DNA from: a virus
Virus record (IMG/VR): IMGVR_UViG_3300042888_002665
Strand: one strand, 5' to 3'
DNA length: 64,000 nucleotides
Shown: piece by piece, positions 17,233 through 26,144 of the stretch
Position numbering within the stretch: position 1 is the first letter of the stretch
Layout of the letters: each line of letters opens with the position of its first letter
Translations under genes and position numbers: made by a program
The notes under the pieces: model-generated
Seen by the model: only the letters and a program-made list of their open reading frames with translations
The model's database searches: none
Told to the model about the DNA's origin: nothing

Positions 17233-18435
17233 CTAATTTCCTTTTGTAGGGAATTTAGTCCAACCATTAGTCCAAGTTGGTTTTGCTAAAGTTTCAATTT
17301 CAGTTGCAGTTAAAGTTATTTCAGTATTACCTTCACTTAATGCTTTCGTTTTAACCAAATCAGATGTTATAATAGTAGTTGCTTTACTAATGAAGTTTAA
17401 TCCATTAAATGAACCTATTTTATTATTCTGAAATTTACTTATACCATCTTTGTAGAATTGTGCTGTCTCATTACTTTCCATACTAAATCCACCTTTCATA
17501 TATCCAATGATTGTAGAGTTATATACTTCAAATTGAGTTGCTCTTCTCCAACGCATTGCTAAATTATGATTAGTTAAAGCAGTAGCATCATTTGGTCCAA
17601 TTAAAATGATACCATCTAAAATAGGATGTGTGAATGGTTCTGCTGTTGAACCTGTTCCATCATTATCACATTCTACACCATTACCCGCATCACCATTATC
17701 TACAAATTGTGGATCTCTTTTAGAAACTGAATTAGATACCTTACCTCTATATCCAAAATCAAAATCGTAATCATCATCAGCAGTTCCGTATGCATATAAG
17801 TTTTTAGCATTTACAGTTCCACCAAAGAATTCAAATGCATCATCATTTGCATAGATTGTCTGTACATTTTCAATTGTTGTTCCACTACCAACACCACCTA
17901 ATGTTAATGCATTGATTTCAGAGTTTGGCATTGCTGCAATACCAGCATATTCAATACGAACATATTTTAGAATACCACTATTATCTAAATCATTTGTTCC
18001 ACCGAACGCTCTACCAATACCACCTTCGATGGTTGGTTCTGAAGTGCGATTTGTTTTAGCTCTACCTAAAATAACAATTCCACCCCAATCACCTGGTGTT
18101 CTTTCACCTGCTGGTCTGCCTGATGTAAATATAATTGGTTTAGCTGCAGTTCCTTCTGCTACAATTTGTGCTCCTCTTTCAATACATAATGCGCCCTTCT
18201 CACTTATATCCGATTTGATAATTGTGCCAGGTTGAATGATAAGTTTAGCACCATCGGTTACATAAACATATCCTTTTAATATCCATTCTTTATCCGATGT
18301 AAGAGTTGTAGTTGTGGTAATATTACCAGTTAAAGTTGTTGATGTTGGTACATTGATTGGTGTAACTTCTCCACCTAAATCCTTTGAACATGCAAACATT
18401 GTTAAACTTGCGAACAATACTAATAATTTTTTCAT
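17233..18435 (-). CDS. Bacteroidota surface lipoprotein, beta-helix type, partner of TonB-dependent receptor
   Basis: Lipobox MFAC; WGGIVILG, DNSGILKYVRIEYAG, NDDAFEFFGG, DDDYDFDFGY motifs; TGA/ATG overlap with the receptor gene. Confidence 0.75.
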   Translation of the reverse strand: MKKLLVLFASLTMFACSKDLGGEVTPINVPTSTTLTGNITTTTTLTSDKEWILKGYVYVTDGAKLIIQPGTIIKSDISEKGALCIERGAQIVAEGTAAKPIIFTSGRPAGERTPGDWGGIVILGRAKTNRTSEPTIEGGIGRAFGGTNDLDNSGILKYVRIEYAGIAAMPNSEINALTLGGVGSGTTIENVQTIYANDDAFEFFGGTVNAKNLYAYGTADDDYDFDFGYRGKVSNSVSKRDPQFVDNGDAGNGVECDNDGTGSTAEPFTHPILDGIILIGPNDATALTNHNLAMRWRRATQFEVYNSTIIGYMKGGFSMESNETAQFYKDGISKFQNNKIGSFNGLNFISKATTIITSDLVKTKALSEGNTEITLTATEIETLAKPTWTNGWTKFPTKGN

Positions 18436-20921
18436 AGGTTGTAATTTAGTGTTATTGAAACTGTTGTTTCGTTATTGGTTTTTATTAAAGTACGATTTGG
18501 TTTTTGGTAATATTCAAATGGTTGTCTGAATATATCCGATACTGCTAATTTAATTTCTCCGTTTTTAATTTTACGAAGAATAACAATATCAACTACATCA
18601 CGAGAGTTCTCAAATATATCAGGATATCCTTGAAATCCTACTGCTGATATTCTATCTCCAACTCTATTATATGATATGTTGAATGTATTGTTATTTTTAT
18701 GTAAGTTCAATCCACCATTTAGTACATAGTTTGATTGTCCTTGCAATTGTCTTTTAACTCCGTTTATATCAACTTCCGAATTGATGAATGATGTGTTTGA
18801 ATATAAATCTAACCAATCATTTAATTTTTTACGAAGTTCAATCTCAACTCCATATACCAATGCCTCATTTGGATTTTTATATGTTAGTAAAAGGTTTGAT
18901 GGAACTGAACCATCTGCTACAACTTGCTCAATTGGATTGAAGAACTTTTTACCAAAGAAACCGATTGATATGTTCTCACCTGATTTAGGATACAACTCAA
19001 ACTTTATATCTGAATTGAATATATCCGTTTTTTGTAAGTTTGGATTTCCTAATAGTTGTGCGTTTCTAACAAAATCATAATATGCAAAATTAGCTACCTC
19101 TCTAAACTCTGGTCTTGCTAATGTTTTACTTACGGATAATCTAACCTTTGTTTTTTCCGATGTAGAATAGGTTGCGTTTAATGATGGTAGTAAATCCAAA
19201 TACTCTCTATCTACTGAAATCCGTTGTCCACCAAAATCAGATGTTTGAACTTTGAATAAATTATATTCCGTTCTAAATCCGGTATTCAATTTTAGTTTAT
19301 CAATTTCCTTTTCATACATTATATATGCATTTGCTAAATCAAAATCGGCAGTATATCTATCCGTATTGTTTGTAATTTCATTTAATAAATCAGTTGATTC
19401 ATATCTGAATATTCTTGCTTTGAAGTTTCTCAATTTCTTCAAATACCCCACTCCTAAACGAATATCTCCTATGGATTTGTTTAATCCCCCATTGAATGAG
19501 TTTTCATCCATTACACTCCAAAAACGATAGGTGTCTCTCCATGCTATTGAGTAAGGAGTTGATGTGTATAAAGATGATATGTAAGGTGTTACTCTATAAT
19601 CAGGTTGGTCTCTTAACATAAGATTATATCCTATATTAAAATCCCATGTTTTAATCTTACCTTCAAATTGTGTATTGAATACTAACTTTTGAATTGAGTT
19701 AGATGATTTACTATCTACATACTGAACATTATCATAGTTTTCACCAACTCTACTTAAAAATGATTTTTCGTTTTGGTAGTTAGCAAGTGTTTTCCAACTA
19801 TAACGATTCTCACCTAAATAAACTATATTTAATAATCCATTTAATGATTGTATATTTGAATAGTTCTGGTCTTTATATTTGTATGCTAATTCTGTTGATG
19901 ATTGATAATCTATTCTTTCGGTTGTGTTAGCTGAAAATGTGTTTCTTGCAGTTGAACTGAATAAGATGTTCCATTTGTTTTTCGCAACACCAAATGATAA
20001 GTTACCATTTAAGTTTGGAATAGATGTTGATGTTTCGGTTTGAGGTGAACCTATTAGTTTAGTGTATGCTCTTCTATCACCTATACCTGCTATTCGGTAT
20101 CCATTTGTTGATGGAAATGATGTTGGGAATTGTATTGGGTCTACCAACCTAAAATCCTGTCCTGTTGATAATGAACCCCAACTTCCTCCCAATGATATAT
20201 TAAAGAAATCACCACTAACTTCTTTTGTTGTTATTTGGACTAATCCACCTGCAAAGTCGCCTGGTAGATTTGCCGATGCTCCTTTATTAATGATGATATT
20301 ATCTATAAGTGATGCTGGGATAATATCAAATGAGAATGCTCTTCTATCGGGTTCGGTTGATGGTAGGATTGATTTGTTTAGTAGAGCCGAGTTGTATCTA
20401 TCAGCTAAACCTCTAACTAAAACAAACTTATCATTTTGGATTGTTACACCACTAACTCTTTTAAGTGCATCTCCAACAGTTCTATCTGGTGTTTTCTTTA
20501 TTGATTCGATTGATAAACCATCTGCTACAATGTAAGATGTTTTAAGTGTGTTGATAAGTGCAGTTGCAGTTTCTTTCTTTACTACTTGCCTTACCATAAC
20601 TTCTTGTAATATCTTTATATCTTCTTTTAACTGAATGTTAAAGTTAGTTGTAGTATCAATTGTAATATCTTTGATATATTCTTTGTATCCAACAAATGAT
20701 GCTTTAATTGAATAGTTACCAATAGGTACATTACTAAAGATATATCTTGAGTCTATATCAGAAGTTGTACCTATTTTTTTATTTGTGTCTTTATTTGTTA
20801 ACCAAACTGTTACACCTATTAAATCTTCTTTTTGGGTTTTTGTGCTGCCGGTTAAATTTACTTGAGCAACTAAAGGGAAAACTAAAAAATAACTAATTAA
20901 AAAACTAAGTAATAACTTCAT
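18432..20921 (-). CDS. TonB-dependent outer-membrane receptor
   Basis: Signal peptide, carboxypeptidase-regulatory-like N domain, plug VRGLADRY...FDIIP...GDFAGG, barrel motifs GNPNLQKTDIFNSDIKFELYP, C-terminal beta-strand. Confidence 0.92.
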   Translation of the reverse strand: MKLLLSFLISYFLVFPLVAQVNLTGSTKTQKEDLIGVTVWLTNKDTNKKIGTTSDIDSRYIFSNVPIGNYSIKASFVGYKEYIKDITIDTTTNFNIQLKEDIKILQEVMVRQVVKKETATALINTLKTSYIVADGLSIESIKKTPDRTVGDALKRVSGVTIQNDKFVLVRGLADRYNSALLNKSILPSTEPDRRAFSFDIIPASLIDNIIINKGASANLPGDFAGGLVQITTKEVSGDFFNISLGGSWGSLSTGQDFRLVDPIQFPTSFPSTNGYRIAGIGDRRAYTKLIGSPQTETSTSIPNLNGNLSFGVAKNKWNILFSSTARNTFSANTTERIDYQSSTELAYKYKDQNYSNIQSLNGLLNIVYLGENRYSWKTLANYQNEKSFLSRVGENYDNVQYVDSKSSNSIQKLVFNTQFEGKIKTWDFNIGYNLMLRDQPDYRVTPYISSLYTSTPYSIAWRDTYRFWSVMDENSFNGGLNKSIGDIRLGVGYLKKLRNFKARIFRYESTDLLNEITNNTDRYTADFDLANAYIMYEKEIDKLKLNTGFRTEYNLFKVQTSDFGGQRISVDREYLDLLPSLNATYSTSEKTKVRLSVSKTLARPEFREVANFAYYDFVRNAQLLGNPNLQKTDIFNSDIKFELYPKSGENISIGFFGKKFFNPIEQVVADGSVPSNLLLTYKNPNEALVYGVEIELRKKLNDWLDLYSNTSFINSEVDINGVKRQLQGQSNYVLNGGLNLHKNNNTFNISYNRVGDRISAVGFQGYPDIFENSRDVVDIVILRKIKNGEIKLAVSDIFRQPFEYYQKPNRTLIKTNNETTVSITLNYNL

Positions 20922-20960
20922 CTATATTGGGTTTTAAATCCATGTATAGATATAAAAGAA

Positions 20961-21000
20961 AATATTACTAAACAACGTCTAATATTACTATTGTATTACT
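20961..21000 (-). promoter_or_regulatory. direct-repeat operator (AGTAATA x3) upstream of the TBDT promoter
   Basis: TATTACT at 20963, 20983, 20994 on + (spacings 20 and 11 nt), next to promoter variant TTTTCTTTTATATCTAT. Confidence 0.45.
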
Positions 21001-21532
21001 CTACGAGTTTATAAATTTCGTCTAAACAGCGTCCTTGCTCATCGTAGTCTAATCCAAAACCAATAATAAACTCATCATCGGTTAATTCCATTCCTACGTA
21101 ATCAACAACCACATTAGTCTTGTAATTCTTGGGGCGTGTAAATAAAGAACATATTTTAACGCTATTAACTTGCTTCTCATTAATTAGATAGTCTTTTAAT
21201 TCAACCATTGTCAAGCCTGTCTCAACAATATCCTCGACTATAATTATATTACGTTTATAGAGATCGCGGGATATTCCAAGAACTTGTTTTACAGTGCCTG
21301 TAGATTCGATACCTTCATATGATGACAATCTAACGAATTCTAATTCTGGACTTAATGGATATAATTGTTCAGCTAGATGCGCTCCGAATATACCTGCTCC
21401 CTTTAATACTATAACTAATACTGGATTGTAGTTTTGATCATGTATTATTTCCATTGCTAATGCCTTAACCATAGCATTTAGCTTTTGTTTTGGTATTAGT
21501 GGTTCGAAATGTTTATCTTTTATCTTTAGCAT
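20996..21532 (-). CDS. hpt: hypoxanthine phosphoribosyltransferase
   Basis: VLKGA, PRPP-binding IIIVEDIVETGLT, FIIGFGLDY. Confidence 0.92.
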   Translation of the reverse strand: MLKIKDKHFEPLIPKQKLNAMVKALAMEIIHDQNYNPVLVIVLKGAGIFGAHLAEQLYPLSPELEFVRLSSYEGIESTGTVKQVLGISRDLYKRNIIIVEDIVETGLTMVELKDYLINEKQVNSVKICSLFTRPKNYKTNVVVDYVGMELTDDEFIIGFGLDYDEQGRCLDEIYKLVE

Positions 21533-21675
21533 GTTCTCGTTTCAAATCCTCAGCTATTTGCTTAATAATTTCGTCTGGTGTCAGTACTAATAGAGTATTT
21601 AATTTGTATTGTCCTCTATATTTGTCGTATGAAGTAAGTACTTCACGAATTAGGCTCTCCGTTATCGGAGTTTGA
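21490..21675 (+). other. ORF-track call on + strand; probably not a gene
   Basis: Opposes the universal minus-strand orientation; the real gene here is more likely an untracked minus-strand small ORF. Confidence 0.15.
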
Positions 21676-21858
21676 ATATCGTTCTGCATAACCTATTGTA
21701 TGATGTGTTGTTGTTATTTTATGTCCCATATTGTATGGGTTGTAGTTTATTTCTAATGTCAATGTAGATAAATCATCATCTTCACATTGTATGTATAAAT
21801 CATCTAATGCTTTTATAAGCATACGACGTTGAGCCCGTTTAACTTCTTTATAGGTCAT
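21643..21858 (-). CDS. hypothetical protein
   Basis: ORF track. Confidence 0.55.
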   Translation of the reverse strand: MTYKEVKRAQRRMLIKALDDLYIQCEDDDLSTLTLEINYNPYNMGHKITTTHHTIGYAERYSNSDNGEPNS

Positions 21859-21860
21859 AA

Positions 21861-22121
21861 TTAATCTACAAAGTCGCTTACATTTTCATCAGCGAATAGA
21901 TCTTCTGGAAATTCCTCGTAATCATCGTCATCATCTAGTAAATCTTCATCTGCCCAAATTACTTCCCATTTATCACCATCCAATTCATTTAATGGATCAA
22001 TGATTTCTTCTAATCCATAGTATTCTAGATCCTCCTCATATGTTTCGTTATAAGCGATGTTATCGATGTCAACATCAAGTGGAGTTTTTGGATCGCGTGG
22101 TTTATAAGTCTGTGATTGCAT
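21861..22121 (-). CDS. extremely acidic small protein
   Basis: About 32 D/E vs 4 K/R in 86 aa (hand count). Confidence 0.55.
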   Translation of the reverse strand: MQSQTYKPRDPKTPLDVDIDNIAYNETYEEDLEYYGLEEIIDPLNELDGDKWEVIWADEDLLDDDDDYEEFPEDLFADENVSDFVD

Positions 22122-22485
22122 CTACAATTGATTTTTTAAGTTTTTTACGAGTAAATTTAATTGTTGGTACTAATTCCTTTAATTTAATAACCTTAGCACA
22201 ATACTCATATTCTTCTGCTTCTTCTAATGTTGGTAGACAGCCATCTAAATTCTCTAAATAATCAGTATCGTCCATTGCTAATGATGTAGCCATATTCATA
22301 CCTCCTATTGTTGGTGACAATATGATACAAGCAATAACATATTTTACCTTGTATCTACAAGCAAATTCGACCGCTTTAACAGTTTGTTTAGCAATTTCCA
22401 ACCTGTATTCAGGTCCGGGTGTGCCAAACTTACCTCCTTTAATTATAAGGGGTTCAAACGGATCGAATTCGTCTTGTTCTTTCAT
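22102..22485 (-). CDS. hypothetical protein with UVR-like C-terminal motif
   Basis: LEEAEEYEYCAKVIKLKE. Confidence 0.6.
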   Translation of the reverse strand: MKEQDEFDPFEPLIIKGGKFGTPGPEYRLEIAKQTVKAVEFACRYKVKYVIACIILSPTIGGMNMATSLAMDDTDYLENLDGCLPTLEEAEEYEYCAKVIKLKELVPTIKFTRKKLKKSIVDAITDL

Positions 22486-22497
22486 TGCTGATAAATA

Positions 22498-22707
22498 TTA
22501 GGCTTCAATTACTGAAACAATATTTGATTTAGATGCTGATTTTACTTCAAAATCATTCTCACCACGTTCAGCTAAGTATTCTGTAATGCGTACTTCAGCT
22601 TCTGTAACTGACATTGCATCAACTAAATACGTTTCTGTTTGTTTTTTAATTTTACCTTTTGCGTCTTCAACTTCGAAAACGGCTTTCACTGTGAAATATT
22701 GTGCCAT
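22498..22707 (-). CDS. DUF4494-like protein (Bacteroidota family)
   Basis: YFTVKAVF...KKQTETYLVDAMSVTEAEVRI. Confidence 0.75.
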   Translation of the reverse strand: MAQYFTVKAVFEVEDAKGKIKKQTETYLVDAMSVTEAEVRITEYLAERGENDFEVKSASKSNIVSVIEA

Positions 22708-22746
22708 ATATATTTTGTTTTAATTAATTAAAATTAATAAGGAAAA

Positions 22747-23391
22747 TTATTTATTCCTAGCAATTAAGCTATTTTCTTCAGGCTCGTCATCTTCCCACAA
22801 TCCAAGCGCTTTCATATTAGCAATTTGATCCTCGTCTAATTGCCAGTCAAAATCTACTTGCTTAGTTTCCTGATTTGATTCTATAGAACGTATTTGGTTG
22901 CCTGTAAGTACTTCACCTACATATAGATAGTAACAGTTATAACATAGTAATTGTAGGTTTTCTAATCTATAATCTACTTTATTACCATTTCTAAAATGCA
23001 TCAATAACGGCATCTTATAATCTGTAACTCGTCGTTCTGAAAAGTCACACATGTCACAACATTCTTTTAGATATCCTTCTTCGACTGCTCTGATTTTGAT
23101 CTTCTCAGGAGTAAAGCTCTGCCAGCCGTCCTCACCTTCGAGTATAGCCTTAACATTCGGTTCTTTACGACGGTTAGGAAGGAATTTAGGAATACCCACT
23201 CCGGTTTGGTTCTTATGTACCTCGAACAGAGTAGGAGAATTAGGATCGTTATCATCTATACGATATGATTTCATAAATGGCCATAAGTGCTGATATGAAC
23301 AACCTAAATAACGAGCAGCTGCTCGGATTGATTTGGTATGTCTCATGGCCCTTAATAGGTCCTCTTTATTGAATGGTTTAGCTTTAGCCAT
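22747..23391 (-). CDS. HTH + degenerate HNH/zinc domain protein
   Basis: N-terminal SIRAAARYLGCSY helix-turn-helix; CDMC...LMHFRNGNKVDYRLENLQLLCYNC. Confidence 0.7.
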   Translation of the reverse strand: MAKAKPFNKEDLLRAMRHTKSIRAAARYLGCSYQHLWPFMKSYRIDDNDPNSPTLFEVHKNQTGVGIPKFLPNRRKEPNVKAILEGEDGWQSFTPEKIKIRAVEEGYLKECCDMCDFSERRVTDYKMPLLMHFRNGNKVDYRLENLQLLCYNCYYLYVGEVLTGNQIRSIESNQETKQVDFDWQLDEDQIANMKALGLWEDDEPEENSLIARNK

Positions 23392-23392
23392 T

Positions 23393-23788
23393 TTATAACA
23401 ATTGTTTTACAGCTACCCACAGCTGTTCTGGGTTTGATATTTCACGTTCAACTCCTTTTATATCAGTATATGGGATAGAACCATCCATTTCTAGTCGATC
23501 ATAACAGTAGTGAATAATTAATTCAGCAGCTTGTGTTCCAAACGATAAGTAAATTAAATTATCGATGATTTGTAAATACATCTCATCATAGTCTGATAAA
23601 TCGATTTTAAAGTCTGAATGTACTAATGTAGAACGATTGATTACTAATTCAATTTGAGTAATGATATTAATGAATAATTCGTGTTTGATATCTTCATTAT
23701 TCTTCTTACGGCGTACTATTTTAGTGTTAGTACCAATAAGACTATTAATTTGGTTTTGAATCCCCTCAATCTCTTTATCTACGTTCAT
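23393..23788 (-). CDS. hypothetical protein
   Basis: ORF track; operon overlap. Confidence 0.65.
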   Translation of the reverse strand: MNVDKEIEGIQNQINSLIGTNTKIVRRKKNNEDIKHELFINIITQIELVINRSTLVHSDFKIDLSDYDEMYLQIIDNLIYLSFGTQAAELIIHYCYDRLEMDGSIPYTDIKGVEREISNPEQLWVAVKQLL

Positions 23789-24093
23789 AACTTTTCTTTT
23801 AATTTTATAATTTCAGCACACGTTTCATAATCTTCAAACTTTTCATAGTATGAGATTGACTTATTTAATGCGGATTCAAAATCTTGTTTATCTACTGTTA
23901 AATAATTTCCAGTTGAGTTGATTTCTATTATTTTAGCGTGTTTTAATTTACGCTTAATAGCTTCTCTAATCCCCCATACTGTTTGAGAATAAACAATATC
24001 TTGTATTATTTCATTTTCTCCGATTACTGAGTAATCAGGTTCGCCGTCTCCGTTTATATTAAACTGTAGGTTCGGTATTACTCGTTTGCTCAT
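23785..24093 (-). CDS. hypothetical protein with UVR-like C-terminal motif
   Basis: YEKFEDYETCAEIIKLKEKL. Confidence 0.65.
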   Translation of the reverse strand: MSKRVIPNLQFNINGDGEPDYSVIGENEIIQDIVYSQTVWGIREAIKRKLKHAKIIEINSTGNYLTVDKQDFESALNKSISYYEKFEDYETCAEIIKLKEKL

Positions 24094-24475
24094 CAGAATT
24101 AGGGTTTAAAATGTTTTTGATAAATAATTTAAAGCTCTCTAATCGGATTAAGAATCCAATTACATTCTGATATGGTACGTCTAAATCGGTATCGACTGAT
24201 AATCCAATATCAGCTAATCCTTTATTTAATTTGGTTTTTAATTTTTGGGTAATTTCTTCCTTTCTAGCCTCGTCTGTGCCTTGAGGAACGATGAATTGAA
24301 CTTTAATACCCTTTTTAGTTGGATTCTTGTTCACATCTACTACCATCTTTAATCCACTATCTGGGGATTGAGGTGGAGTCATATCAACTGCTGGTGATGT
24401 TGGTTCAGCAGCTGTTACTTCTTCTCCTACCTCACCTATAATAGCTTTAATTTCGTCTTCTAATAAGTGATGCAT
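24059..24475 (-). CDS. hypothetical protein
   Basis: ORF track; promoter 24499-24515. Confidence 0.6.
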   Translation of the reverse strand: MHHLLEDEIKAIIGEVGEEVTAAEPTSPAVDMTPPQSPDSGLKMVVDVNKNPTKKGIKVQFIVPQGTDEARKEEITQKLKTKLNKGLADIGLSVDTDLDVPYQNVIGFLIRLESFKLFIKNILNPNSDEQTSNTEPTV

Positions 24476-24512
24476 ATTTTAGTATTTATTTTCATACATA
24501 AATATAATAAAG

Positions 24513-24537
24513 AAAGGCCCTAGAAACTAGGACCTTT
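24513..24537 (-). terminator. hairpin AAAGGTCCTAG-TTT-CTAGGGCCTTT fused to the promoter motif
   Basis: 11-bp stem, then CTTTATTATATTTAT. Confidence 0.65.
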
Positions 24538-24555
24538 AACTTTAATCGTGTGTTA

Positions 24556-24912
24556 TTACTTCTTCTTAGGATAGTAACGACGCTTCTTCTTAGCTGGTTT
24601 AGGAGCTTCAACTGCAGGAGCAGCTTCAACTACTGGAGGTAGTTCTTCAGTAATCTCTACTTTTGGGGCAGTTACTTCAGGAGTAGGTACAGCAGCTAAT
24701 GCTTCGTCAATCTTTTTAGTCATTTTGTCTAACTTTTTATCGATTTTTAAAGCAGCTTGTTGAGCTTCCTTTAATTTAGCTTCTGTTTCATCAAATGATG
24801 GATTAGAAGCGGCAACATCCTCTTGTGAAAGAGTAACGGTCTGCGTTTGCTTACTAGCAAAGTACCAGATGGCACCAGCAAGACCTAACAACACTAAAAT
24901 TGCAATTAACAT
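24556..24912 (-). CDS. membrane-anchored Pro/Ala/Lys-rich protein
   Basis: N-terminal TM, coiled coil, PAVEAP repeats, basic tail. Confidence 0.7.
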   Translation of the reverse strand: MLIAILVLLGLAGAIWYFASKQTQTVTLSQEDVAASNPSFDETEAKLKEAQQAALKIDKKLDKMTKKIDEALAAVPTPEVTAPKVEITEELPPVVEAAPAVEAPKPAKKKRRYYPKKK

Positions 24913-24937
24913 AATTGTTTGGGTTTTGGTTTAAAAT

Positions 24938-25174
24938 TTAATCTTCAAATAAACTAATGACATAAGCATATGTAAATACACCACATAATGCAATCATTAA
25001 TATCACTAATATCACTTCTGGAAGTCCAGGTATTAATAGGAACTTTTTGTATTTTGACTTATACCATCCATTACTATCAACTTCTTCTAATAGTGAATGA
25101 GTAATGTGGGCTATAATAACGTGAGCCATAAAAGCTACAAATATAAGAAAGGCAAGCATTAAGTAATAAAACAT
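24938..25174 (-). CDS. small membrane protein
   Basis: Two hydrophobic segments. Confidence 0.6.
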   Translation of the reverse strand: MFYYLMLAFLIFVAFMAHVIIAHITHSLLEEVDSNGWYKSKYKKFLLIPGLPEVILVILMIALCGVFTYAYVISLFED

Positions 25175-25175
25175 A

Positions 25176-25352
25176 TTATTCGTCTTTATGTTGTTTAGTT
25201 GTGTTATGATAAATGAAAAATGTAAGTAATACCCATCCGAATTTAGATGAATCCGTCCAATTAACTAGAGCAACATCATAGTTAATTAATGTAAATACTC
25301 CGAATGAAAGTAACATTGCTACGACTGCGTATTGTATTAAAACTTTATTCAT
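25176..25352 (-). CDS. small membrane protein (58 aa)
   Basis: Hand-translated MNKVLIQYAVVAMLLSFGVFTL... Confidence 0.5.
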   Translation of the reverse strand: MNKVLIQYAVVAMLLSFGVFTLINYDVALVNWTDSSKFGWVLLTFFIYHNTTKQHKDE

Positions 25353-25379
25353 AATATGAATTTAATGAGGACATTTTAC

Positions 25380-26144
25380 TTAGACAAATATTTTGTTAGT
25401 CTGAGGATCTCGTTTCATATAGTCACCCCATTTATATTTAAATGTTTCATGACACATTTGTTCTTTATATAAAGACTCTTTAATACGTTCTTCAGATTTA
25501 GTACCTACTGAAACGAAATGGTAAAATGAGACATTATATAAACGAATACTTCCTATGTTGTTTAAATTACATTTCATAAAGAATTCACAATCAACAACCC
25601 ACCCACCAGGATATGATTCATCCCATCCACCTACTTTTAAATAATCTTTTTTAGACATGAATATAGGTAAAGTAGATCCGTTTATATCTTTAACCATTTT
25701 GGAGGATTTAACTTCAAATACTCTAAACGCTTCTAAATCAAATGTTTTAGGGTCACGTCCTAAATCCTTAATTATAAATTGACTAAATATGCTTGGGGTC
25801 GGTTCAATTTGATTCGGGGCATAAACAGCACCTGGTTGATATTGTGATTCTAAACGTGTGTCCCAATCAGCCGGAAATACATTATCATCATTTACAATTA
25901 ATATTAAATCATTAGACGCATTATAAACACCTAAATTAGTTGCTCGAGCTAATCCTACATTCTCTTTTAAATTAAGTACTGAAATATAATCTTGGTATTT
26001 ATCTAATACTTCTTTATTTTCATCATAGAATCCATCTACAACAACGATAATTTCATTTTTGTTTGTTTGACCTTCAATGCAGGATTTTAAACACAAATCA
26101 AGTACTTCTGGTTCTCTGTAAGTAGGAATTATAACTGATATCAT
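25380..26144 (-). CDS. glycosyltransferase family 2
   Basis: MISVIIPTY start (26144, ATGA overlap with upstream gene), VVVDG, NDD motif, VGGWDE, D-x-E. Confidence 0.88.
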   Translation of the reverse strand: MISVIIPTYREPEVLDLCLKSCIEGQTNKNEIIVVVDGFYDENKEVLDKYQDYISVLNLKENVGLARATNLGVYNASNDLILIVNDDNVFPADWDTRLESQYQPGAVYAPNQIEPTPSIFSQFIIKDLGRDPKTFDLEAFRVFEVKSSKMVKDINGSTLPIFMSKKDYLKVGGWDESYPGGWVVDCEFFMKCNLNNIGSIRLYNVSFYHFVSVGTKSEERIKESLYKEQMCHETFKYKWGDYMKRDPQTNKIFV

